This document shows, piece after piece, positions 15,806 through 24,486 of a DNA stretch of 32,000 bases (positions are counted from its first letter, which is position 1; every line of letters starts with the position of its first letter). The notes beneath the pieces are model-generated. The model was not told where the DNA came from. It did not search any database and worked only from the letters and a program-made list of their open reading frames with translations. The stretch covers positions 510,001 through 542,000 of the forward strand of contig CP064962.1 of the NCBI GenBank assembly GCA_016699145.1, given 5' to 3'. The position numbers were made by a program, and so were the translations under genes. Source of the DNA: Candidatus Saccharimonadota bacterium. GTDB taxonomy: Bacteria > Patescibacteriota > Gracilibacteria > UBA1369 > 2-02-FULL-48-14.

Positions 15806-18800
15806 AGGTTACTCACACCAGGGCCTCCGTTATTGCGAGGAGCACCTTCTCCTCCAATGTTGGGGTTTTCAGCCTGTAATCTGCGAGCACTGTCAGTCAA
15901 ACTAACCGATTGAGCCTTGAGCTGAGCAGCCATTTCTTTAGCCGTGAGTTCTTTAGGTTTCATCTCGACTTTTCCAAGGATTTGGTCTCTCAAAATCACG
16001 CTCTTTTGAACACCACTGCCTATCACTTCACCGTTCGCAGCACTTTTAGCGCCGTGAGCAGGAGTTTTATATTCCACGGAAATCGCTCCATTGGGGGTAG
16101 TGGGATTGTAGGTTTCAGTCACTCGAGCTTTCACCCAAGTTCCTAGCTTCATGTAAGGCAGACGAATGCGGATTGTATCCCCTCGACTGAGTTCCGAGAC
16201 TTGAACTTCACGCACCGTCTCTTCCATCGTGGGACGAGAAGCAGGTCCGGCAGGAGGGGTTGGCTTTGAGTTAGGTGCCGTTGGAGGCACTGATGCCGGT
16301 GCAGCAGGTTCAGAAGCAGGCGCTGAAGATTCGGTGGGGTTTTGAGCTTTAGGTGCTTGAGTGTTGAGCTTGGGCCCAGAAGCAGATGTGGAAATTTTAG
16401 TGGATGACTGGTCTGGAAGTACTGGAGTATTGAGCTTGGGCCCAGAAGCAGATGTGGAAATTTTAGTGGACGACTGGTCTGGAAGTACTGGAGTATTGAG
16501 CTTGGGCCCAGAAGCAGATGTGGAAATTTTAGTGGACGACTGGTCTGGAAGTACTGGAGTATTGAGCTTGGGCCCAGAAGCAGGGTTGAACGTATTTGGA
16601 GCTACACCAGTTGAAACTTTATTGAAGGCTTGGGCTCCAGCTGGTTTAGGGCTGAATTTTGGTATAGATGTAGGAGCAACCGGAGGCATACCGCCTGGAG
16701 CTTGCGGAATGGCAGGAACCGCTTGCACATGAGCAATCGCGCGAAGTCCCAGTACCACTCCTGTGGTGTGCATGAGGTCACGCCAGAAGTTGGGATCACG
16801 CATGGCTTCCGCTTCATTAGCAGAAAGCAATCCTGCTGCGTCACCCAAAGAAAGTTGTCCAGCACTGAGAGCGTGCATGGCAAGTAGCTCCGAGCCCACT
16901 TCTCCAGCAAGCACTCCGGCATAAGCTGCGCCTCCAGCATTTCTTCCAGCGACATTTAGACGTCCCAAGAAACGACTGGCAGGTGCCGTGGCTCGTTGAA
17001 GCAGAGAAAACCGAGTGAGTGTTTGCCCATTATTAAGGGCTTGAGCTCCAGCGGTTTGTCCCCGAGTGAATTGTTGAACCTTCCCAAGCAAATACAAAGT
17101 GCTTGCCATGGTTCCCACTTGATAAAGAGCATCCCGTGCCCCCTCGGCAGTCGTGGGATTGAGGGTCGTTCCATGCAACAAATGCTGGGCTTCTACAAAA
17201 AAGGCAGCATGACCAATGTTACGTCCAGCAAGTGCCAAGCGTCCACCCGTATAAGCATTCGCAGCAGACAACTGTGTCATCAGACCTGTAGCTCCCGCTC
17301 TTCCTACCGCTCCTGTCAGGTGAGCTCCGGCGGCGGTGCTATTCAAGGCAGCACCAGCCTGTCCTCCCAGTTGAGCAAAAGGGAGCCCCGTGCCAAAAGC
17401 ACGCGTTCCAAGTCCAGCGATGCGAGCGCCACCCGCAGCTGCAGCCGCTCCGGAAGCAAGCCCCGCAGTAGCGGCTTGTATGACAGCAATTTCAGCCAGA
17501 GTTTTAGCGACAGAAGCAGCCGTATCGGTGTTTTCTTCTTTCAAGTCAAATGCTCCCCACCCTTCAGTTTGAGCCAACGCACCCATGGCCGCAATTTGAC
17601 GAGTGCTGAAGCCATCTTTCACCATTTGCTCAATGTCCATGGATCCAGCAGTCGTCTCTCCATAAGCCCCAAAAGGCAAGATCAAAGACGAAAGAGGGCT
17701 ACTGAAATACTTATCATAAATCGGCTTGGCCCGTTCCGCTTGAAGCTGAATTCTCGCACGGTTCTCGAGCACTAGACGAACAGTGGTATCTACATAATCC
17801 ACTTTATCTTTGTAGAAGCCAGTATTATCCGGTTTTTGCATTCTTTGGAAATCGGCATCCTCGAGGCCTTTTCCCTTTAAAGCTACATAAAGTCCCGCAC
17901 GAATTTGTCCTCCTTCTTCTTCATCCAACTCACCAAAACGCGCCTTTATTTGTTCCTTCGTGGCCTCTGAACCCGAAAGTTTACCATCAAGGGCGCTCGT
18001 GCACAGCTCACGAAGTTCATCGTAATGCTTGGTGTTTTTGGCAGCCATGATTTTAGCCAAGAACAATTGCTCAGCCCCACCCAATTTGTGATCTTTTTCA
18101 AAAGGAGGACTCAAAAGAATGTCGTCAGAAGACTCGATGAGCCCCTTTCTATTTCCATAAGCTCGCGCTCCAACTCCCTGCATTTTTTCAGAAATAAAAG
18201 AGGAGCCGCCCAGAAAGGCCGCTTGATCCCCCCTAAAAGCATTCCAAATGTTGTTGGCGCCCAAATTTTCGTCTCCATTTTGATACTCTTCAAACAGACG
18301 GAACTCCTCTTCATGGGCAATAAAATACTTTTTGAAATCCAATTTTTGACCCGGTTTCAACTCAAAAACAGAACCCAAAGGATCGGAGACCTGATCGGAC
18401 CCAGCAAGATTCTCAGGGAGCCGAATTTCAGTCAAAGCTCCATTTTTCAGCTGCTCATAATAATGCTTGATGGGATTTTCCACAGTCTTCCCATCTAAAA
18501 TATCTTGGGGGTACTGATAAGCAATGGCCAAGCGAAGCGCCTCGAGCACATGCCAAGAAGCCACATACACTTCTTCATCGGTGTCGTTCCAATTGCTGAA
18601 CATCTCTTGCCATTCTTTACGACTGGTACCCTCTTGAATGTGTTGATCCAAATCTTCTTGATCATCATCATCAAAATTTGCGGTCATCACCGAAAAGGCC
18701 GTACCCACCATGTCAGAAGCCAAAGACCGTCGAGTGAAAAATTCCAAAGAACGTTTGTTGGATTCAAACCAAGGCTGAAGTTCAGAGGCAAGTTCCTGAG

Positions 18801-20205
18801 GATCAATGGCACTCAACTGTTCAAATAAATAAGGCAAAACCTTAGAGTCACCGGTTTCATGCTGCCCCTGAAGGAGAGCACTCTGCAGGCGCCAAAAAGC
18901 TTGAGTGGAGGCGTTCGCCAAAGGATCTTTTTCCATCTCTTTCATCTGTCGAAGCACTCCATTCTTGGTTTTTGTGGACAATTCTTGAAGCATTTGCATG
19001 GCCTTAGCAGGATCTCGTTGTCCAAGTTTTTCAAGAATAGCTCCCAACACCAGTTCTTGATCCTCAGCATTGAGTTGAGACAGTCCTTCAAAAAAAGGAT
19101 CAATACCAAAGGTTTCGTAATCCTTCAAGAGTTCCTGAGTGACAACGCCGAATTCAACACCTTCATCAAACTGACGTGAACTAGGAATCAAATTGCCATT
19201 TTCTGTACGAGAGTAAACATAGGACTCTTTAGTACCCCTCAATGGCAGGGGTTGAACGCCTGGCTCGGGATTCGATTCTGACTCATTACCTGGCTGAGAA
19301 TCAGGTTGAGTTCCGGAATCAGGATTCGCACCATCAGGGTTTTCACCTGGAGCAACAGGAGGCACAGGAGCTACTGGAGGCGCTTCCTTTTCAAAATCAA
19401 TAATCACCAAATTTCCCTGACATCCATTTTTCATTTGAGCATAAATACGCCCCTCTTCCCAACGGAAAGCTACATTTTTAAGTTCAAGCTTGCTGCGCAT
19501 TTCTTCGGGAATGGAGAGTAAATCTCCTCCCACCGTCACACGGAAGTTTTTGACCGCACGGCCCTTGAGTTCACGAGCAAGTCCCTCACCGGCATTCAAA
19601 TCATCCACAGTGGAAGCTTCCATTTCAGCCGCAATTTTTTGACGAACCTCCTTGCTTTTTAGAGTTTCTCCATCCAAATGCATAGACCCCATCAGCGCCT
19701 CAGCAGGGGAATCTTCCCCAGAATTTACCAGCTGAGAAGCCATCATGAGCTCAACCATTTCAGATTTTTGAACGGGCATTTTACTGGGATCTTTGCCAAG
19801 CAAATCAATCAAAGTGGCAGTCACTTCCGTTCGCCAAATCTGACGGGCATAAACCAAGGCACGTTCCTTTTTTTTGTTTCCTTTGTTTTCAATCAAAACA
19901 CTGGCCAAAGCTCGACGCTGGTCGGCATTTGGGAACAGTTTCTGACTGAGTTCTGAGTTTCCTCCCCACGCTTGCCACGCATTCGAAAGATCAGCCCACT
20001 CTTTAGGGGTCAACTTTCCCAGAAAAGCAGGGTCTTTCAATTGCTCTTTCACGGACTTCAAAGCCTTGTCCACAATGCCAAAAGTACGCTCCATTTCTTT
20101 TTTCTCAATCAACCCTTTTTGAGCCCGCTTTTCATAACGATCCAGCATTTTCCCAACAGGTTCACTACTGGTCTCTTTTAAGGATTTTAAGACTTCAGAA
20201 GCCAT
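15802..20205 (-). CDS. Orphan giant protein (1467 aa), no recognisable family
   Basis: This long uninterrupted ORF is the only plausible frame here. There is no N-terminal signal peptide. Protein order is: helical/acidic N-terminal part; Pro/acidic linker ([18 protein letters not shown]...); Gly/Ala-rich hydrophobic region, roughly residues 905-1190 (DNA about 16640-17500); P/S/T-rich 22-aa repeats; a small C-terminal beta-like domain. Confidence 0.8.
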   Translation of the reverse strand: MASEVLKSLKETSSEPVGKMLDRYEKRAQKGLIEKKEMERTFGIVDKALKSVKEQLKDPAFLGKLTPKEWADLSNAWQAWGGNSELSQKLFPNADQRRALASVLIENKGNKKKERALVYARQIWRTEVTATLIDLLGKDPSKMPVQKSEMVELMMASQLVNSGEDSPAEALMGSMHLDGETLKSKEVRQKIAAEMEASTVDDLNAGEGLARELKGRAVKNFRVTVGGDLLSIPEEMRSKLELKNVAFRWEEGRIYAQMKNGCQGNLVIIDFEKEAPPVAPVPPVAPGENPDGANPDSGTQPDSQPGNESESNPEPGVQPLPLRGTKESYVYSRTENGNLIPSSRQFDEGVEFGVVTQELLKDYETFGIDPFFEGLSQLNAEDQELVLGAILEKLGQRDPAKAMQMLQELSTKTKNGVLRQMKEMEKDPLANASTQAFWRLQSALLQGQHETGDSKVLPYLFEQLSAIDPQELASELQPWFESNKRSLEFFTRRSLASDMVGTAFSVMTANFDDDDQEDLDQHIQEGTSRKEWQEMFSNWNDTDEEVYVASWHVLEALRLAIAYQYPQDILDGKTVENPIKHYYEQLKNGALTEIRLPENLAGSDQVSDPLGSVFELKPGQKLDFKKYFIAHEEEFRLFEEYQNGDENLGANNIWNAFRGDQAAFLGGSSFISEKMQGVGARAYGNRKGLIESSDDILLSPPFEKDHKLGGAEQLFLAKIMAAKNTKHYDELRELCTSALDGKLSGSEATKEQIKARFGELDEEEGGQIRAGLYVALKGKGLEDADFQRMQKPDNTGFYKDKVDYVDTTVRLVLENRARIQLQAERAKPIYDKYFSSPLSSLILPFGAYGETTAGSMDIEQMVKDGFSTRQIAAMGALAQTEGWGAFDLKEENTDTAASVAKTLAEIAVIQAATAGLASGAAAAAGGARIAGLGTRAFGTGLPFAQLGGQAGAALNSTAAGAHLTGAVGRAGATGLMTQLSAANAYTGGRLALAGRNIGHAAFFVEAQHLLHGTTLNPTTAEGARDALYQVGTMASTLYLLGKVQQFTRGQTAGAQALNNGQTLTRFSLLQRATAPASRFLGRLNVAGRNAGGAAYAGVLAGEVGSELLAMHALSAGQLSLGDAAGLLSANEAEAMRDPNFWRDLMHTTGVVLGLRAIAHVQAVPAIPQAPGGMPPVAPTSIPKFSPKPAGAQAFNKVSTGVAPNTFNPASGPKLNTPVLPDQSSTKISTSASGPKLNTPVLPDQSSTKISTSASGPKLNTPVLPDQSSTKISTSASGPKLNTQAPKAQNPTESSAPASEPAAPASVPPTAPNSKPTPPAGPASRPTMEETVREVQVSELSRGDTIRIRLPYMKLGTWVKARVTETYNPTTPNGAISVEYKTPAHGAKSAANGEVIGSGVQKSVILRDQILGKVEMKPKELTAKEMAAQLKAQSVSLTDSARRLQAENPNIGGEGAPRNNGGPGVSNL
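16364..16584. repeat. 66-bp tandem repeat, 3 full units plus a 23-bp partial, inside the giant ORF
   Basis: The unit is TTGAGCTTGGGCCCAGAAGCAGATGTGGAAATTTTAGTGGAYGACTGGTCTGGAAGTACTGGAGTA. Copies differ at a single synonymous T/C position. The unit encodes [22 protein letters not shown] x3. Confidence 0.95.
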
Positions 20206-20278
20206 ACGTTTTTTCGTTTTAATCTCGTAATTTTAGCACAATTTTGCCTTTTTTACAAGGAGCTACTAAAATAACGAC

Positions 20279-20677
20279 ATGAATAAAAAATCCATCCGCT
20301 GGCAACAACGTTACGAAAATTATATTCGAGCCCTGAAACAATTGGAAGAAGCGGCAGAAATCATCCAGCCCAGCCCTGTAGAACAAGCAGGACTCATCCA
20401 GTTTTTTGAAATGACTTTTGAATTGGCCTGGAAAACCTTAAAAGATCACCTGGAGAGCAAAGGGCAGCTTCTCGTAAGCCCCAGAGATGTGCTGAAACAG
20501 GCTTTTCAAAACGGCCTCATTCAAGATGGAGAGCAATGGCTAAAAGCTCTGCAAAGTCGAAACCTAACGGCCCATCTCTACGACGAAAAAAAAGCTCTAG
20601 AATTGTTTTCTGAAATCAAAACCAACTACCTTCCTATTTTGATCGATTTAAGAAATCATCTTAAAAATGAACTCTAA
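20279..20677 (+). CDS. HEPN-domain protein, HI0074-type nucleotidyltransferase substrate-binding family (putative HepT-like toxin)
   Basis: 132 aa, helical, with the Rx4H HEPN motif (SRNLTAHLYD). It resembles the HI0074-like family in the region IQFFEMTFELAWKTLKD. Confidence 0.8.
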   Translation: MNKKSIRWQQRYENYIRALKQLEEAAEIIQPSPVEQAGLIQFFEMTFELAWKTLKDHLESKGQLLVSPRDVLKQAFQNGLIQDGEQWLKALQSRNLTAHLYDEKKALELFSEIKTNYLPILIDLRNHLKNEL

Positions 20678-20987
20678 AAAAAACCCCCCGCCCGGATTGA
20701 CAGAAAAAGAGTTGAACGAACTTAAAAGCTGTTTCGAAAAACACAAAGACCTAGATGAAGTGGTCTTGTTTGGATCGCGTGCCATGGGCAATCACAAACC
20801 CGGCTCCGATGTAGACTTACTGCTACGCGGCGTCCTCGAAGAAAACACTCGATTTCAAGTCCACGACTATTTAGAAGAAGAATCCTTACTCCCCTACTTT
20901 TTTGACATTCTTACAGAAAAGGACCTGAGTAACCCTGCCCTTAAAAAACACATACAAGAATTTGGGGTTGTCATTTATTCGAGATGA
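20667..20987 (+). CDS. Minimal nucleotidyltransferase (MNT, HI0073-like; putative MntA-like antitoxin)
   Basis: 106 aa with the NTase motif LFGSRAMGNHKPGSDVDLLL (GSx10-SDxD pattern). It overlaps the upstream HEPN ORF by 11 bp. Confidence 0.8.
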   Translation: MNSKKNPPPGLTEKELNELKSCFEKHKDLDEVVLFGSRAMGNHKPGSDVDLLLRGVLEENTRFQVHDYLEEESLLPYFFDILTEKDLSNPALKKHIQEFGVVIYSR

Positions 20988-21055
20988 TTCGCTATCTCTA
21001 ACAAAAAACCCCAGGTCGACTTAGGTCTTCCCAGGGCTTTTTGTGATTTCCCCTT

Positions 21056-21072
21056 AACCCCATAAAATGGGT
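21056..21072. terminator. Small AT-rich hairpin between two convergent genes (weak bidirectional terminator candidate)
   Basis: AACCCAT-aaa-ATGGGTT is a 7-bp stem. It lies 12 nt beyond the FtsL-like stop and about 70 nt beyond the MNT stop. Confidence 0.3.
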
Positions 21073-21084
21073 TTCATTTGTACT

Positions 21085-21444
21085 TCAATACGCAAATTCC
21101 GTATCGTTCTTAGCCACCACGGTGATCGGCAAAACATAGGTCACTTCATTTTGAGTGGGCTTCACCATGTCTAAAGTAGCGGCTTCAATCATTTCCATGG
21201 AACGAGCACGAAGCGAAAGCATATCCGTCACTTCTCCATCCTCCACCAAAGCCTGACGATCCTGTTCCAAATCATTGAGCGTGTAACCGTTCATCGCATT
21301 GCCGTTGAGCATGGTCAAAGAAACCGTTCCCATTCCCACCATGGCCAAGACCAAGAGCGTTCCAACAGAAGCCAAACTCAGCTTTTGATGACGCAGAAAC
21401 AAGTTCTGAAGGGAAGCGGGCAGATAAGAAAGCAGAGCAGGCAT
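21085..21444 (-). CDS. Small bitopic membrane protein, FtsL-like by position (immediately downstream of rsmH)
   Basis: 119 aa with a single TM helix (LASVGTLLVLAMVGMGTVSL) followed by a short coiled region. The call rests on position in the dcw-type order rsmH-ftsL, with no diagnostic motif. Confidence 0.45.
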   Translation of the reverse strand: MPALLSYLPASLQNLFLRHQKLSLASVGTLLVLAMVGMGTVSLTMLNGNAMNGYTLNDLEQDRQALVEDGEVTDMLSLRARSMEMIEAATLDMVKPTQNEVTYVLPITVVAKNDTEFAY

Positions 21445-21469
21445 GGCGTGGATCGTTTGTTAGCGTGGT

Positions 21470-22456
21470 TCAATGGGACAATTTTTCAGCGGCGCGTAAG
21501 ACGGCGCTGCGAGCTCGCGAATTGCGAGCCACTTCTTCCTTTGAAGGAAAGATCGGCTTTTTAGTCAAGAGGGAAAGGCTCTTCAATCTAAGGACTCTGG
21601 CTCCAAATAGGTCAGTCGGATCGCGGAGGTCTGTGGCAAGTTGCTTGAAGGTCTGCTTAACAAAGCGATCTTCAAGAGAGTGGTAACTCAGCACAACCAC
21701 GCGTCCGTGAGGAGCTAAAAGCTCAATCGCTTGATTGAGACCAAGCTCCAGGGCCATAAGTTCCTCATTCACCTCCATACGGAGGGCCTGAAACAATTGG
21801 GTTGCCCGGTGTCGACCGGGTTTTCCTCTCCCAAGTACACGAGTGACAAAGTCTGCGAACTGCAAGGTCGTCGTAAACGGCGTCTTCTTGCGGTCGGAGA
21901 CAATGGCGGCAGCCAATTTGCGAGAAGCACGCTCTTCACCAAGGTGAAAGAACACATCTGCAAGCTCACCTTCACTGTACGTGTTGAGCACATCGGCGGC
22001 CGTTTTGGTCTGGCGTGGATCAAAACGCATGTCCAGCGGGCCTTCTCTTAAAAAGGAGAAGCCACGGCCGGCGTCGTCGACGTGTGGGGAGGAGAGTCCT
22101 AGATCAAAGAGAATAGCATCCACCCGGGATGCCCCTTCCCTCTTGAGCCGATCTGTCAAAGAGCTGAATGAGTCGTGGAAAATCGTGAATTTTCCTCCGA
22201 CTTCCTTTGCCACTTCTTCGAGTCGCTTTTTGGCGACTTTGAGATTCCGTTCATCCTTCTCAAAAGCGTAGAGTTGCCCATTCGGTGCGATGCGCTTCAG
22301 GATCTCAGAGGAGTGTCCCCCGAGCCCCAAGGTGCAATCGACAACCGTCATCCCGGGTCTTAAGTTCAGAAGTTCCAGGGACTCCGTGAGAAGCACTGAA
22401 TCGTGCTGAGGAGCGCCTTTCCCTTCCGCCTTAGACTCTGGATAAATTTGTTGCAC
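21470..22456 (-). CDS. rsmH: 16S rRNA (cytosine1402-N4)-methyltransferase
   Basis: Motifs present: HDSVLLTESLELL, VVDCTLGLGGHS, AILFDLGLSSPHVD, GPLDMRFD, VLSYHSLEDR and ARSAVLRAAEK. GTG start. Confidence 0.92.
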   Translation of the reverse strand: MQQIYPESKAEGKGAPQHDSVLLTESLELLNLRPGMTVVDCTLGLGGHSSEILKRIAPNGQLYAFEKDERNLKVAKKRLEEVAKEVGGKFTIFHDSFSSLTDRLKREGASRVDAILFDLGLSSPHVDDAGRGFSFLREGPLDMRFDPRQTKTAADVLNTYSEGELADVFFHLGEERASRKLAAAIVSDRKKTPFTTTLQFADFVTRVLGRGKPGRHRATQLFQALRMEVNEELMALELGLNQAIELLAPHGRVVVLSYHSLEDRFVKQTFKQLATDLRDPTDLFGARVLRLKSLSLLTKKPIFPSKEEVARNSRARSAVLRAAEKLSH

Positions 22457-22797
22457 AGGCTTGTATAAGTTTTTTGAACGTGCGTGGAAAGTAAGACCAC
22501 CCTAAGACGGCGCTGAATTGCCGTCAATATTTATTTAAATTTCCACATCATTTTTGTACACAATTTTTATGCACGCGTACCGGGAAAGGCCGCCATTTAA
22601 ACCTGTTACGGCAGCTTTAAAACGCGCAATTAAAAATACTTGCCTTAAGGGCGTACCTGTTGTGCAACTATTTTGAACAAGCGAATGCATTTGTGCTTGT
22701 ATTTTAAGCAGAGCCACTAGCCCTAGTGGTGCGGCCTCACTCACCTATTCAAGTTTTATATTTCCATGCTAAGCTCCGCTCATTCCATCCGAACGCC

Positions 22798-24420
22798 ATG
22801 AAAGACCTTCTCGTTTTTTTCCTCTCCATGGTGCCCGTCACTGAGCTACAGGGGGGCATCGCTTATGGACTCACCATACTGGACCTCCCCCCTTGGCGCG
22901 CCTGTCTTGCAGGAGTTTTGGGGAGCACCACCGTGGCCTTCATGCTCATTCTAGGCCTAGACCCCGTCACTCGCTTCGCACGCAAACACATCGCATGGAT
23001 CGATCGATTCTGTCACTGGCTTTTTGAACGCACTCGGGCCAAATACTCCCCAAGCATGAGCGAACTCGGCCACTTGGCCCTCTTCACTTACGTCGCCATT
23101 CCCACACCCGGCAGCGGCGCCTGGACAGGAGCCCTCATCGCCTACCTCTTTGCCGTTCCTCTCAAAAAAGCGGTCCCTATTTTAGGCTTCGGCCTGGTCG
23201 TCACCGGCCTCATTGTGACCTTTGGGGTGGAAGGATTGCTGCTTTTGTTCCGCCCCACGGTAGAAGAAGCTCCCACTCCAGAACCTCAAGTTTTTATAAT
23301 GACTGAAGAAGATTTGGAATCGCGCAAGGATCAAAAAGAGCACTTGCTTAAAGAAGGAGTGGTGCTGACGCTCGATGGCGAAGATTGGAACATTCCCGCT
23401 CAAGAAAAAGATTTGATTTTCAGCAAAACCGAAGCGGGCGTGCATCTGCAACTCGACGAGCCCTTTATGAAATACGTACTGCAAACCGCTCAAACAGAAA
23501 TCAATCGCAAGGCAGGGAACCTCACCCTGCTCCAAATTTCAGAAGGCCAAGTGCAAAGCGAAAACAAACCCTACAAAGTGGATATAGAAGGACAGGTTCT
23601 GGAAGGGCGAAAGGTACATCCTATATTACTCCGCGTGGCCCTCATGAAAATGCTGCAAGAAGGCCAAACCGCTCAGGAAGTACCGGTGACTCGCACCGCC
23701 GGAAAAATCCTCAATCAAACAAGTCTGGATTTAGGCCCCTTGGAAGAAATCGGTGTGGGAAAATCCTCCTACTGGGGTTCTTCGCCCGAACGCGAATTCA
23801 ACATAGAAAAGGCTTTGACCGAGCGCTTCAATGGCATTGTGATCCCTCCAGGAGCTGAGTTTTCTTATGTAGAATTTTTAGGCCCCATTGAAGGCTCAGG
23901 ATGGAAACAAGCCTACACCATTTTTCAAGGCACAAAACTCGAAAAAGCCCCTGCCGGAGGCGTCTGCCAAGTTTCCACCACTGTGTATCGTGCTGCCCTA
24001 GATGCGGGTTTAGAGATCACCGAGCACCGCAACCACAGCCTCTACGTCATTTATTACCAACACTTTGGCGATGGTTTGGATGCCACGGTTTTCCCCGGGG
24101 AACAAGATTTCAAATTTGTGAACAATACCTCCAATCATATGCTTATGGTGGCCCAGGAAGAAGGCTACAAAGAAGCCGTGCTGCGTTTTTACGGTGAAAA
24201 CGACGGACGCAGCACCGAGCTCTATGGTCCTTACACCGCCAGCACCCAAACGGAAGAAGTGATAACAGGTGTAGGAGCATCTCTGGGCATTGGGCAAATC
24301 GCTTGGAAATACATCCTCACCCACCCCGATGGCACTATAGAAAACCAGTGGCTCCTTTCCGATTACATGAGCCCCGCGCAACAACATCGCGGGGAAACTC
24401 CCGGGCTTTTGGATTACTAG
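22798..24420 (+). CDS. Fusion of a small-multidrug-export-like membrane domain (COG2426-type) with a VanW domain
   Basis: The N-terminus MKDLLVFFLSMVPVTELQGGIAYGL... with about 4 TM helices resembles the Sm_multidrug_ex family. The C-terminus carries the VanW core GGVCQVSTTVYRAALDAGLEITEHRNHS...GLDATVF. I prefer the ATG at 22798 over the track's 22726. Confidence 0.7.
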   Translation: MKDLLVFFLSMVPVTELQGGIAYGLTILDLPPWRACLAGVLGSTTVAFMLILGLDPVTRFARKHIAWIDRFCHWLFERTRAKYSPSMSELGHLALFTYVAIPTPGSGAWTGALIAYLFAVPLKKAVPILGFGLVVTGLIVTFGVEGLLLLFRPTVEEAPTPEPQVFIMTEEDLESRKDQKEHLLKEGVVLTLDGEDWNIPAQEKDLIFSKTEAGVHLQLDEPFMKYVLQTAQTEINRKAGNLTLLQISEGQVQSENKPYKVDIEGQVLEGRKVHPILLRVALMKMLQEGQTAQEVPVTRTAGKILNQTSLDLGPLEEIGVGKSSYWGSSPEREFNIEKALTERFNGIVIPPGAEFSYVEFLGPIEGSGWKQAYTIFQGTKLEKAPAGGVCQVSTTVYRAALDAGLEITEHRNHSLYVIYYQHFGDGLDATVFPGEQDFKFVNNTSNHMLMVAQEEGYKEAVLRFYGENDGRSTELYGPYTASTQTEEVITGVGASLGIGQIAWKYILTHPDGTIENQWLLSDYMSPAQQHRGETPGLLDY

Positions 24421-24433
24421 ACTGCAAAGCCCG

Positions 24434-24461
24434 TTGAAACCGGAAAAAAAATCGCTATACT
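24434..24461 (+). promoter_or_regulatory. Candidate sigma-70-type promoter of gap (TTGAAA-16 nt-TATACT)
   Basis: TTGAAA is at 24434-24439 and TATACT at 24456-24461. The -10 hexamer ends 25 nt upstream of the gap ATG. Confidence 0.5.
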
Positions 24462-24486
24462 GAAGCGCGATTAACCCCTTCCTCTA

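Noticed and set aside
16364-16584. The 66-bp repeats, and the 18-bp repeats at 10118-10974, as a possible CRISPR array
   Set aside because: The units are directly tandem with no unique spacers. They lie inside ORFs in frame, and there are no cas genes in the window.
16996-17775. Long antisense ORFs inside large genes (e.g. 16996-17775 +, 6709-7434 +, 18025-18498 +, 30353-31018 -, 27126-27548 -)
   Set aside because: Their translations are Ser/Arg/His- or Leu-rich low-complexity strings typical of the opposite strand of real genes. Each is fully nested in a much longer ORF with coherent protein features.
20233-20239. A TTAGCAC half-site upstream of the giant ORF/HEPN divergent pair, as a second CIRCE
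   Set aside because: There is no complementary GAGTGCTAA arm at the required 9-nt spacing, so it is an isolated partial match.
22535-22744. A 69-aa minus-strand ORF upstream of rsmH, as a possible mraZ
   Set aside because: It has no MraZ/SpoVT-AbrB-like features, is much shorter than MraZ, and lies in an AT-rich spacer. It is likely non-coding.
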